Shown here in pieces: positions 9,766 to 17,928 of a DNA stretch of 64,000 bases. This DNA comes from Planctomycetota bacterium (GTDB lineage: Bacteria > Planctomycetota > MHYJ01 > JACQXL01 > JACRIJ01). The DNA lies in NCBI GenBank assembly GCA_016220095.1, contig JACRIJ010000111.1, positions 27,748 through 91,747 on the forward strand, read 5' to 3'. The notes under the pieces were generated by a model, which was not told the DNA's origin, did no database searches, and saw nothing but the letters and a program-made list of their open reading frames with translations. Numbering within the stretch: the first letter of the stretch is position 1; each line of letters begins with the position of its first letter. The position numbers were made by a program, and so were the translations under genes.

Positions 9766-10848
9766 ATGAAATCATTTATCGCTTTTTCGGTTTTAACTGC
9801 CATATGCGCGATTTTCGCCGCGCCGGCCCTGACGCAGGACCTGCCGCCCGCGGAACAGCATGTTTACACTGCCCAGGAAATAGCTGAAAAACTCGTTTCA
9901 ACCGACTTTGCAGTCGTACTGAAAACCCGCGAAGAACTTGTTGCCGCAGGCGCGAAATCACTGCCCGGGCTTCTGGGGGCATTGAAGGACAAGAATTCCG
10001 ACATACGCTTTATGGCGCTTGAAGTGCTCGGCGAAATCAAAGACCCTTCGGCCGCACCCGATATAATTGCCCTTCTGGACGACAACGCAACAAGCCGGAC
10101 AAGCATTGCTTCGTCTGCCGCAAAAACCCTCGGCAAACTCGGTTACAAAGAAGCCGTTCCGAAACTCGTTGCCGCTCTTAAATCGCCTGACATTGATTTG
10201 CGCTACGAATCCATCAAAGCGCTCGGCATTATCGGCGCGCCCGAGGCAGGGGAAAAATTGGCCGATATGCTGAAAAACAAAAACGATTATAACGCAAAAA
10301 CAATGGACGGCCATTCCCAGATATGCGCCATTATAGAAGCCCTCGGAAATATCCCTCTTGACAAAAAATGCAGCATAATGAAATTGATCGGAGAACAACT
10401 CGCCAACGGCAGGACTGAAATTGAATCCGCAACTGAATTATCCGTGTCCTATTATGCCGCGCAGGCACTGAAAAAACTGACCGTTGACTATCCGCAGGAA
10501 CAGGGAACTGAAAATACGCCGGCCAATCTGCTTCCGGCCAACCCGCTGGCCGGAAACGTTGAAACCGTAAAAAAAGCCATTGACGCCTGGATAACCTGGT
10601 GGCATAGAAACCGCCCGGAAATAGAAAAGAAAAGCAAGGAAGAAAATGAACCGCCGAAACCCGAAGGCCCTATAGGCCCGCCTGCACCGCCAGCGCCGCC
10701 CAGCGAAAACAGCACTCCCGCGGCGCCTGAACAGCCGAAACAACCCGAACACCCAACCCCTCCGCAAACGCCGCAGGAACCCAAAACTCCGCCGGCACCG
10801 CCCGAACCCCCAAAGGCGCCCCCGACCCCGCCTTCCGACAAAAAATGA
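9766..10848 (+). CDS. secreted HEAT/PBS-lyase repeat protein with proline-rich C-terminal tail
   Basis: Signal peptide; repeated DxxVRxxAxxALGxIGD-like HEAT units; C-terminal 70 aa is P/E/T/K low complexity (PPAPPAPP...PPTPPSDKK). Confidence 0.6.
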   Translation: MKSFIAFSVLTAICAIFAAPALTQDLPPAEQHVYTAQEIAEKLVSTDFAVVLKTREELVAAGAKSLPGLLGALKDKNSDIRFMALEVLGEIKDPSAAPDIIALLDDNATSRTSIASSAAKTLGKLGYKEAVPKLVAALKSPDIDLRYESIKALGIIGAPEAGEKLADMLKNKNDYNAKTMDGHSQICAIIEALGNIPLDKKCSIMKLIGEQLANGRTEIESATELSVSYYAAQALKKLTVDYPQEQGTENTPANLLPANPLAGNVETVKKAIDAWITWWHRNRPEIEKKSKEENEPPKPEGPIGPPAPPAPPSENSTPAAPEQPKQPEHPTPPQTPQEPKTPPAPPEPPKAPPTPPSDKK

Positions 10849-10899
10849 GATTTTTGCCGGAATCTTCCAATCTGCAATCTTTTAACCTGTAATCGTCTT

Positions 10900-11562
10900 A
10901 TGTATTGTCTCGGCATAGAAACGTCCAGCATCATCGGCAGTGTTGCGCTGTCTGAAGATAGCCGAATTATAGACGAAATATCCTTTGAAAAAGGCCTTAT
11001 ACACGGCAGAGAACTCATACCAAACATCAAAAAAATACTTTCCAGCCGCAATTTGCCCCCGGAAAAAATCGGATTGGTCTGCGTAAGCCAGGGGCCCGGC
11101 TCTTACACGGGCCTGCGGGTAGGAATGACTACAGCGAAAATTTTTTCATATTCGCTGAAAAAACCGCTGATTGCCGTTCCCTCGCTGGACGCGCTCGTAA
11201 TGAACGCGCCTCTTGATTACGATTATGCCTGCCCTGTCATGGACGCGTGCTGGGACCAGGTATATTCCTGCGCCTACAAAAAATCCAAAAACGGCTGGCA
11301 GAAAAACGGCGAATACTCCATTTTGCCCGCTCCGGAAACAGCCGATAATATTCATAAAGGCGCCTTTGTTTTCGGCGATGCCCTGAAGAGATTCAGGGAT
11401 GTTTTTGAAAAAAAAGGCCGCTTCATAATAGGAATTGACGACGCCATCTGGTATCCCAGGGCGCGCAATATCTGCCTGAAAGGTTTTGAATATTTCAAAA
11501 ACGGCAGGCATGATGATATTTTGAAAGTTGAACCTATGTATTTAAGGCCGGCTAAATTATGA
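10900..11562 (+). CDS. tsaB: tRNA t6A biosynthesis protein TsaB (YeaZ)
   Basis: 220 aa; MYCLGIETSS...VSQGPGSYTGLRVG motif of TsaB/Kae1-like inactive paralog. Confidence 0.8.
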   Translation: MYCLGIETSSIIGSVALSEDSRIIDEISFEKGLIHGRELIPNIKKILSSRNLPPEKIGLVCVSQGPGSYTGLRVGMTTAKIFSYSLKKPLIAVPSLDALVMNAPLDYDYACPVMDACWDQVYSCAYKKSKNGWQKNGEYSILPAPETADNIHKGAFVFGDALKRFRDVFEKKGRFIIGIDDAIWYPRARNICLKGFEYFKNGRHDDILKVEPMYLRPAKL

Positions 11563-12677
11563 AAAAATACAGGGTCTGGGCGGAAGTCAGCCTGCAAAAA
11601 ACCGCTGAAAATATGCGGCGCATCAGGAATGTAATAGGCCCGAACGTGCGCATCTGCGTTGTGGTAAAGGCGGACGCATACGGACATGGCGCAGTGCCTA
11701 TCGCCAAAACCGTGCTTGAAAACGGCGCCTATATGGTCGCCGTGGGAGATTCCAATGAGGCCATAGAACTCCGCGAGGCGGGCATACTTTCCCCGGTAAT
11801 AATACTCGGCGCACTGATTGAAGAAGAGATCGGCTGGCTCGTCAGCTACGACATAATTCCCACCGTGCATTCACTGGAAATCGTCAAACGGCTTGACGAA
11901 GAGGCAAAACGGCAGAATAAGAAACACGCCGTGCATATCAAAGTGGATACCGGCATGAGCCGCCTGGGCGCGTCTCCGCAGAGGGCCGTGGAAATCGCAA
12001 AAATGATCAGCGCCTCGGAACATCTCGTGCTGGAAGGCATCTCAACGCACCTTTCATCAGGCGCATTGCAGGACCAGGAATTCAGCAATAAACAGATAGA
12101 AATTTTTTCAGGCGTAGTTGATGAAATACAGCGCCAGGGCATACAAATACCCTTCTGCCATGTAGCGAACAGCGCCGGAATATTCAAACTCCCTCATTCA
12201 TATTTCAACATGGTCAGGCCCGGCATCGCGGTTTACGGATTGTACCCCGACAAGAAAAAATCGGAAGAAACCGGGTTGGCGCCGGTGCTCGCGTTAAAAA
12301 CGCAGATCACTTTCCTCAAGGGAGTCCCCGAGGGAACGCCCGTAGGATATAACAGGACCTACACGGCGAAAAGAAACACATGGATAGCTACACTGCCTGT
12401 GGGTTATAATGACGGATATCCGCACCGGTTGTCAAATAACGCCGAGGTGCTCGTAAGAGGCCAGTTAGCGCCCGTAGTCGGCACTGTCACGATGGATTAC
12501 ACCACCGTAGATGTAGGCCATATAGAAGGCGTGGATGTCGGAGATGACGTCGTGTTGATAGGCCGCCAGGGAGACAACGAAATAAGCGTGATGCAGCTCG
12601 CCGAACGTGTCGGTACCATTCCGTATGAAATCACATGCCACCTCGGGAAACGCGTAAAACGCGTATACGTACAGTAG
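11559..12677 (+). CDS. alr: alanine racemase
   Basis: 372 aa; PLP motif VVKADAYGHG; start overlaps the tsaB stop by 4 nt. Confidence 0.85.
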   Translation: MKKYRVWAEVSLQKTAENMRRIRNVIGPNVRICVVVKADAYGHGAVPIAKTVLENGAYMVAVGDSNEAIELREAGILSPVIILGALIEEEIGWLVSYDIIPTVHSLEIVKRLDEEAKRQNKKHAVHIKVDTGMSRLGASPQRAVEIAKMISASEHLVLEGISTHLSSGALQDQEFSNKQIEIFSGVVDEIQRQGIQIPFCHVANSAGIFKLPHSYFNMVRPGIAVYGLYPDKKKSEETGLAPVLALKTQITFLKGVPEGTPVGYNRTYTAKRNTWIATLPVGYNDGYPHRLSNNAEVLVRGQLAPVVGTVTMDYTTVDVGHIEGVDVGDDVVLIGRQGDNEISVMQLAERVGTIPYEITCHLGKRVKRVYVQ

Positions 12678-12730
12678 GGTCTAAGAGGCTGGAGTCTGAC
12701 GTAGCAAGTCGGGACTCCCGACTCAGGACT

Positions 12731-12775
12731 TCGTCCCGTCCTTCATGCTTCATTTTTCATTCTCCCTTCTTCGTC
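12731..12775 (+). repeat. dispersed repeat family A copy A1 (TTCGTCCCGTCCTTCATnCTTCATTTTTCATTCTTC)
   Basis: ttcgtcccgtccttcatgcttcatttttcattctcccttcttcgtctactc; lies between the convergent alr and 12775..13314 genes and supplies the stop of the latter. Confidence 0.7.
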
Positions 12776-13314
12776 TACTCCCACGGGTCCAGTTCTTTCT
12801 GGCCTTTGCAGGTTTCTTCCTGGCCACAGTGTTCGTTGGTATAAACGTATTTTCCCATGCCGGACCTGATGACAATTTCAAGCGCCTGCCTAAGCGGCCC
12901 TGCAGGATGCCTATTTTCCAGGATATCAATATTAAGCGTTTTAGCCGCATTGTCAACCATATCGTTCAACATGGATTCAATGCCGGTCTGCGGCTTCAGG
13001 ATGTACCTGAACCAGGCAACTTTCTTCATCGCCGGCCATTTTGGAGGCCTGCTGTCAAACTTGATATTTCCTTTTACGGTTACAGGCTTGCCCGACACGC
13101 CATTATCGCAGTAGAAAAAGCTTCCGCATTTTTCGTACTTGTGAATTGACCTTTTCAAAATGCTTTTCAACGAATTCTTTATGCCCGGAAATGCCTCCTT
13201 GGCATCTGTTGCGGAAGCGCCGAATGACTGCATCGCTATGGCAACCATCCAGGAAATTTCATCAAGCATGCCTTCCGCTTTCATGCCTTCCACTTTAAGC
13301 TGGTAAACACCCAT
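12775..13314 (-). CDS. hypothetical protein (179 aa)
   Basis: Long ORF with good coding look; no recognised motif; convergent with alr. Confidence 0.4.
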   Translation of the reverse strand: MGVYQLKVEGMKAEGMLDEISWMVAIAMQSFGASATDAKEAFPGIKNSLKSILKRSIHKYEKCGSFFYCDNGVSGKPVTVKGNIKFDSRPPKWPAMKKVAWFRYILKPQTGIESMLNDMVDNAAKTLNIDILENRHPAGPLRQALEIVIRSGMGKYVYTNEHCGQEETCKGQKELDPWE

Positions 13315-13440
13315 ATTCGTACCCTTTCAAATCTTTAACCCTGTTCCCTTGGGCGTATATAATACCAAAAAAACGCCCGAAAGTCAATATGCAATAAAAA
13401 TTTATGTAAAAAAAATTTTTAATATATTTTAAAATATCGC

Positions 13441-13469
13441 TTGACTTTTGACGCCGGTATTTATATAAT
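13441..13469 (+). promoter_or_regulatory. sigma70 promoter TTGACT-N17-TATAAT upstream of the PAS-GGDEF gene
   Basis: Hexamers seen in sequence; about 60 nt leader with GAGG before the ATG. Confidence 0.5.
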
Positions 13470-13531
13470 CACTGCAGTGGGTATTCGGAAAAATCAACAT
13501 CGTTGAAAGGGATTTTTGTCGAGGTATATAT

Positions 13532-14512
13532 ATGAAATCCGTTCTTTCGGAGTATTTTATGCAAGACGCAATTTTTACGGAATTCTATAAAGCAGTTCTT
13601 AACAGCCTTTACGACGGAGTATATTTTATAGACAACACCAGAAAAATCACTTACTGGAATAAGGGCGCGGAAAGGATTACCGGATATAACCCTACTGAAA
13701 TTATAGGCACTTCATGCGCGAATAACATACTAAAGCAGATAGATAAATCCGGTATCATGGTTTGTTCAAGAAGTCTCGACAAAAATGATTCCGGATTCTG
13801 CACGGGCCAATGCCCTATCGTCAAATCCATCCAAAACAGGGAACATACCGAAAGAGAATTGTTTTTCCACCATAAGAACGGCCATAAAGTGCCGGTTCTT
13901 CTGAGAACCGCCCCGATCACGGATGCCGCCGGAAATATAATGGGCGCAACGCAGATTTTCAGCGATACTTCGGAAAAAATTTCCGCCATCCAGAGGGCGG
14001 AAGAACTGCAGAAACTGGCATATATTGACCCGCTCACCGGCGCCGGCAACAGGCGTTATACGGAAATTATCCTTCACGAAAAACTGGAGGAATTTCACAG
14101 GTACGGAATGCCATTCGGCGTGCTGTTTATTGATATAGACCACTTTAAACAGATAAACGACAGTTACGGCCACCTGGTCGGAGATGAAATGCTGAAGATG
14201 ACGACAAAAACCATGCTGAGTAATATACGCACATTTGATTTTATCGGCAGATGGGGCGGCGAGGAATTCGTGGCAATTATCCTGAATTCCAATGAAGAAA
14301 TGCTCTATTCCATAGCCAACAGGTTCAGGATGCTGACTGAAAGAACCTGCCTTACCGTTGAAAAGAAAAGTGTAAATATAACAATTTCCGTGGGCGCAAC
14401 GATTGCTAAACAGGGAGATACGATAGAATCCCTCATTCAATGGGCCGATGCGCTCATGTACCAGAGCAAGGCGCTGGGACGTAATTGCGTCACCCTGAGG
14501 AATAAACCGTGA
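13532..14512 (+). CDS. PAS domain diguanylate cyclase (GGDEF)
   Basis: 326 aa; PAS (YWNKGAERITGY), GGDEF active site RWGGEEF, I-site-like RxxD. Confidence 0.85.
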   Translation: MKSVLSEYFMQDAIFTEFYKAVLNSLYDGVYFIDNTRKITYWNKGAERITGYNPTEIIGTSCANNILKQIDKSGIMVCSRSLDKNDSGFCTGQCPIVKSIQNREHTERELFFHHKNGHKVPVLLRTAPITDAAGNIMGATQIFSDTSEKISAIQRAEELQKLAYIDPLTGAGNRRYTEIILHEKLEEFHRYGMPFGVLFIDIDHFKQINDSYGHLVGDEMLKMTTKTMLSNIRTFDFIGRWGGEEFVAIILNSNEEMLYSIANRFRMLTERTCLTVEKKSVNITISVGATIAKQGDTIESLIQWADALMYQSKALGRNCVTLRNKP

Positions 14513-14555
14513 GCAGTGGCCCGTTTAAATAGGAATCGTAATCCGGGTCCCGAAT

Positions 14556-14593
14556 GACGTCCTTCCTCTTCATTTTTCATACTTCATTCTTAG
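14556..14593 (+). repeat. repeat family A copy A2
   Basis: gacgtccttcctcttcatttttcatacttcattcttag, between convergent genes. Confidence 0.65.
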
Positions 14594-15207
14594 ACTCCGC
14601 ACACCAGCAGGAAGAATCCGGCCTTTTGCCACGCCTTCATCATAATATCGTATCCGATGGTTTTTCTGCCGTCATGCCATTCAATAACAGCACATCTGTA
14701 TTTTTCGCTGTAACCCGAAATGACAAAAAAGTGGAAAACGTCCTCACCTGCTATTGCGGGCATTTTATCCGCGGCGAGCGTATTTATTTCCAGCATGACT
14801 ATAACGGGCCGGCCGGCGTTAATATGGGCATTCAATGATTCAATCGCGCCCGCCTCCTGGCGCGCGTCAAATCCCGCCCTGCGCGCGGATAAAAGCAATT
14901 CTATGGACGGCGTACCCTTGCCTGATTTCCGGATAAATCCGTTTCTGATTTCTCCGGGAGAAGACGGTTTGCCAAGGAATGAATACATTGCCGAAAGCGC
15001 CTCCGCGGCGCAATCTCCTGACGTGTCCGATTGCGGCAGTGTTACGCCGTTAATTATATGGAAATCCGGGCCGGCGTTTTCGGGTAACGCCGCCAAATCC
15101 AATTGCAGAGAAGAACATCCAATAACGCTCAATACGAAAATGAAAAATGGAAAATGAAAAATGAATGTATTTACCCGGAATTTGTAAAGGATTTTTTTCC
15201 TGTGCAT
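14590..15207 (-). CDS. lipoprotein with peptidase C39-like (papain-fold cysteine peptidase) domain
   Basis: 205 aa; lipobox VIGC; motif SGDCAAEALSAMYSFLG typical of C39_2-like domains. The N-terminal hydrophobic core FIFHFPFFIFV is encoded by an A-like repeat (copy A3). Confidence 0.45.
   Translation of the reverse strand: MHRKKILYKFRVNTFIFHFPFFIFVLSVIGCSSLQLDLAALPENAGPDFHIINGVTLPQSDTSGDCAAEALSAMYSFLGKPSSPGEIRNGFIRKSGKGTPSIELLLSARRAGFDARQEAGAIESLNAHINAGRPVIVMLEINTLAADKMPAIAGEDVFHFFVISGYSEKYRCAVIEWHDGRKTIGYDIMMKAWQKAGFFLLVCGV
15134..15166 (-). repeat. A-like repeat copy A3 inside the coding 5' end of the C39-like gene
   Basis: cgaaaatgaaaaatggaaaatgaaaaatgaatg is the reverse complement of a CATTTTTCATTTTCC duplication; it is translated as the signal-peptide h-region. 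Confidence 0.5.
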
Positions 15208-15244
15208 TGTTAATTTGAATAAGAAATTTCCATCAGGAAATTTC

Positions 15245-15637
15245 TTATGGCCAATCGTAACCTTCCACGATATTAAGGAATATGTATATCAAGAGCGCGA
15301 TGACTACCAGCGTATATCCCGTAGGATCCGTAGTGCCGCCTATCTGGAGCTGGTTGATGTTCTGTGAAATTACGGCTATATCCTCATCAGAAAGCTGTGA
15401 CATTACCTGTTCAATCTGCGCATCGGTGTAACCGAGTCCGGATAATTTCCCCTTTAACGCGTTTAAATTCGCGGCCATATCCGCATTTGCAACCGTATCT
15501 GATGCCGCGGGTTGCGGAATCTGCACGGGATTCTGTTGCGGCTGGTCCGCAAAAATTTGCATGGGATTAATCAGGCACGTACAGAAAACCGCGGTGATAA
15601 CAATGGTATTTTTGATGAAAAACCAGACCATTTTCAT
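15245..15637 (-). CDS. small secreted protein with N-terminal signal peptide and C-terminal TM anchor (130 aa)
   Basis: Signal peptide, Q/P-rich linker, C-terminal hydrophobic segment LVVIALLIYIFLNIV; flanked by repeats A3 and B1. Confidence 0.45.
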   Translation of the reverse strand: MKMVWFFIKNTIVITAVFCTCLINPMQIFADQPQQNPVQIPQPAASDTVANADMAANLNALKGKLSGLGYTDAQIEQVMSQLSDEDIAVISQNINQLQIGGTTDPTGYTLVVIALLIYIFLNIVEGYDWP

Positions 15638-15708
15638 ATCTCCTATTTAATTTCTTATTTATTGAATTATATGAAGAACGTGAGTTTTGTCAAGGAAAAA
15701 CATTTAAC

Positions 15709-15750
15709 GCAGTAGCGAGTAGTGAGTAAGGAGTAGCGAGGGACGACGAT
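15709..15750 (-). repeat. dispersed repeat family B copy B1 (CGTCGTCCCTCGCTACTCACTACTCGCTACTG, reverse orientation)
   Basis: gcagtagcgagtagtgagtaaggagtagcgagggacgacgat. Confidence 0.7.
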
Positions 15751-15836
15751 AAAAGGCGAAAGAAAAAGAGAAAATTTGAATTACAACCGCTTCCTCTTCC
15801 CGCAAATTTTACGGAGTAAAAATTTGTAAAAAATAC

Positions 15837-15864
15837 TTGACAATTCCCTGAAATATGATATAAT
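15837..15864 (+). promoter_or_regulatory. sigma70 promoter TTGACA-N16-TATAAT, 9 nt upstream of the arsR ATG (near-leaderless)
   Basis: Hexamers seen in sequence. Confidence 0.5.
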
Positions 15865-15873
15865 TCTACTGTT

Positions 15874-16209
15874 ATGGAACTATCAAACTACGTTAAGATA
15901 TTTAAAGCTTTATCAAACGAACAGCGGCTAAAGATTTTTCTCATGATTCATAAAGGCTGTTGTGAATCAAAGGATAAAGGAAGTTCGGAATTCCTGATAG
16001 AAGACAAAGGCTGTTGCCCTGTAGCAGGAGTTCTTGAGAAGGCCTTTACCAAGGTATGCGGATGCATGAAACTTTCAAAGTCAACGATCTCGCATCATTT
16101 TAAGGAACTCCAAAACGCGGGACTTATCACCTGCGAGCGGGACGGACAAATGTACCGTTGCAAGGTCAATGAAGAAGCGGCCGGTTTTATAAAAGATTTT
16201 CTGAAATAA
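15874..16209 (+). CDS. ArsR/SmtB family metalloregulator with Cys-rich insert
   Basis: 111 aa; wHTH (LSKSTISHHFKELQNAGLI). The alpha3 site is CGC where the family usually has CVC. Extra insert GCCESKDKGSSEFLIEDKGCCP carries two CC pairs. Confidence 0.8.
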   Translation: MELSNYVKIFKALSNEQRLKIFLMIHKGCCESKDKGSSEFLIEDKGCCPVAGVLEKAFTKVCGCMKLSKSTISHHFKELQNAGLITCERDGQMYRCKVNEEAAGFIKDFLK

Positions 16210-16269
16210 TTTTTTTGTCTTAATTGTTCGATAGTATCAAAACAATAGAATGAAAGGAGGTGATAACGT

Positions 16270-16440
16270 ATGTTCAATTGTTGCGACAAGGACGGCAAGT
16301 CCATTTGCGAACAGCTTGATTGCAAGGTAAAAGAAACCCCGAAAGGCATTCAGGTTGAGATAACCGCAAAAGACCCTTCCAAGACGGAGTCGCTGAAGGC
16401 ATTGGCAAAGGCCCTTCATGACTTCTGCGGATGCGCGTAG
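16270..16440 (+). CDS. small Cys-rich protein (56 aa), not in ORF track; putative metal-binding partner of the ArsR regulator
   Basis: Strong RBS AAAGGAGG 7 nt before the ATG. MFNCCDKDGKSICEQLDCKVKETPKGIQVEITAKDPSKTESLKALAKALHDFCGCA has 6 Cys as CC/CxC motifs mirroring the regulator insert. Followed by a hairpin terminator. Confidence 0.55.
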   Translation: MFNCCDKDGKSICEQLDCKVKETPKGIQVEITAKDPSKTESLKALAKALHDFCGCA

Positions 16441-16451
16441 GTACTACGATG

Positions 16452-16483
16452 TCGGGAAGTGGGCCCGCTTCCCGATATTTTAA
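16452..16483 (+). terminator. rho-independent terminator after the small Cys-rich ORF
   Basis: tcgggaag-tgggcccg-cttcccga stem-loop followed by tattttaat. Confidence 0.5.
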
Positions 16484-16685
16484 TCCTACATCATTTAACA
16501 GCCGCGTAATTAACAGGGACTGACGACGACTCTTGCCGACAGGGACTCTGAGAGACCTTGATGAGACACGAACGAAATGGAAAATCGAGAATGGAGCACC
16601 AAAAATCCCGCAATGCGGGATTTTTGGTGAGTGTGAGTATTGAGTACTTAGTAGTTAGGCGCCAATTTTGCGCAAGCGCAAAATT

Positions 16686-17040
16686 GGTGGAGGCGGGGGG
16701 AATTGAACCCCCGTCCCGAGACACTTCAGCAGGAGCTTCTACGCTTGTAGCCGGTAATTTGCTCTCGCGCCCGGGCCCCCTTCCGGCAAGGTGCCAGTCC
16801 GCCAGCTTAACTTTGAGTTTCGCCCCTCAGGCGTTTAGCAAACCCTCAGGGCTATCCCGCAGTGATACGTCGCCATGCTCCCGCGGGAGGGGAACACGAC
16901 AACGTTACAGCTTAATTACGCTGCAAATGCATACGCATTGTCTGCGTTTATATTTTTGCCAGGTGTTTTACGGGGCCTCCTGACAACCCCGAAGCGCCGC
17001 TTTCTGCCTCAATCTGTCCGGTCGAATCCAGTTCGCCCCC
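16686..17040 (-). ncRNA. ssrA: tmRNA (ssrA), one-piece form
   Basis: Minus-strand 5' end GGGGGCGAACTGGATTCGAC and 3' end GGACGGGGGTTCAATTCCCCCCGCCTCCACCA. Acceptor stem has a G3:U70 wobble (AlaRS identity element). Tag ORF GCA GAC AAT GCG TAT GCA TTT GCA GCG TAA reads ADNAYAFAA*. Adjacent to smpB. Confidence 0.9.
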
Positions 17041-17114
17041 TCTTACAGCCGCTTACGAACGCAGTGAGTTAGCGGCTGTTAGATCCTGAGCATTGCGAAG
17101 GACTCACAATGCCT

Positions 17115-17143
17115 ATTATACCAATATATAATTGAATTGTCAA
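17115..17143 (-). promoter_or_regulatory. perfect-consensus sigma70 promoter TTGACA-N17-TATAAT for ssrA (minus strand); predicts an approx 68-nt 5' leader removed by RNase P
   Basis: The reverse complement of 17115-17143 reads TTGACAattcaattatatattggTATAAT. Confidence 0.55.
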
Positions 17144-17187
17144 ATATGAATTAAAACCCTGCTTTGTGATTTCATTCTCGTTGTATC

Positions 17188-17232
17188 ATCCGTCGTCCCT
17201 CTGTACTCGCTACCGGCTACTCGCTACTTCGT
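17188..17232 (+). repeat. repeat family B copy B2 abutting the smpB stop
   Basis: atccgtcgtccctctgtactcgctaccggctactcgctacttcg. Confidence 0.65.
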
Positions 17233-17693
17233 TAAATGTTCTTCCCTCTCATCGCCATTCTGATATGTTTATCAGATTCTTTCTTTTTCATATCCGCGCG
17301 CTTGTCGTAGAGTTTTTTGCCTCTCGCGACGGCAAATTCAATTTTCGCAAGGCCTTTTTTGAAATACAGCGCTAAAGGCACGAGTGTCTTGCCTTCCTCG
17401 GCGGTTTTGCCAAGCAGGCGGTGTATCTCGCTCTTGTGCAGGAGCACCTTGCGCGGCCTCTTGGGTTCGTGATTGGCAAAATTGCTCGCCTGCGCATACA
17501 AAGCAATCTCCATATTGTAAATAAACACCTCTCCATTGCTTACCCTGAGATAACCTTCGGTTATGCTGGCATTGCCGTCGCGGATGGATTTCACTTCGGT
17601 TCCGCGCAAGGACAGGCCGCCTTCGTATTTTTCAAGGATTTCGTAATTGGCAAAGGCCTTTTTGTTTTTAACAACGATTTTTATGGCATCCAT
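17232..17693 (-). CDS. smpB: SsrA-binding protein SmpB
   Basis: 153 aa; conserved SmpB sequence (KKAFANYEI...GTEVKSIR...). Immediately upstream of tmRNA on the same strand. Confidence 0.9.
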   Translation of the reverse strand: MDAIKIVVKNKKAFANYEILEKYEGGLSLRGTEVKSIRDGNASITEGYLRVSNGEVFIYNMEIALYAQASNFANHEPKRPRKVLLHKSEIHRLLGKTAEEGKTLVPLALYFKKGLAKIEFAVARGKKLYDKRADMKKKESDKHIRMAMRGKNI

Positions 17694-17810
17694 ATTGGAT
17701 TTTAATTCCTAAAGCAATACAGAGAACGACGACGATTATAAACAGGAACTTGACGAGACTTTTAAGAGACACCTTACGAGGATGATAGTGTACAAGAATG
17801 ACAGGTGATA

Positions 17811-17892
17811 GTACGTCCGTGACCCGTTTTCCGTGGCCCGTAACCCGTTTACACGGGAACCGGGAAACGGGCAACGGGAACCGGACAATGTC
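17811..17892. repeat. repeat family C copy C1 (GC-rich hairpin element built of CCCGTTTCCC/GGGAAACGGG motifs)
   Basis: gtgacccgttttccgtggcccgtaacccgtttacacgggaaccgggaaacgggcaacgggaaccgg; internal inverted repeats. Confidence 0.7.
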
Positions 17893-17925
17893 CTTCATTC
17901 TTCATTTTTCATACTTCATGCTTCG
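17890..17925 (+). repeat. repeat family A copy A4, fused to C1, ending at the stop codon of the truncated lipoprotein paralog
   Basis: gtccttcattcttcatttttcatacttcatgcttcg. Confidence 0.7.
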
Positions 17926-17928
17926 TAA

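Noticed and set aside
15245-15637. The small secreted protein as a double-glycine leader bacteriocin processed by the adjacent C39-like peptidase
   Set aside because: It has a Sec-type N-terminal signal peptide rather than a GG leader, and the neighbouring C39-like protein is a lipoprotein without an ABC-transporter fusion. Adjacency alone is insufficient.
16686-16720. tRNA-like 3' end (GGTTCAATTCCCCCCGCCTCCACCA on the minus strand)
   Set aside because: It is the T-arm/acceptor of tmRNA, not a separate tRNA. No canonical tRNA was seen in the intergenic regions I could scan by eye.
16558-16983. 141-aa ORF on the plus strand (and 16491..16724 on the minus strand) spanning the tmRNA locus
   Set aside because: The region is fully explained by the ssrA structural RNA; the ORFs are shadows through GC-rich RNA sequence.
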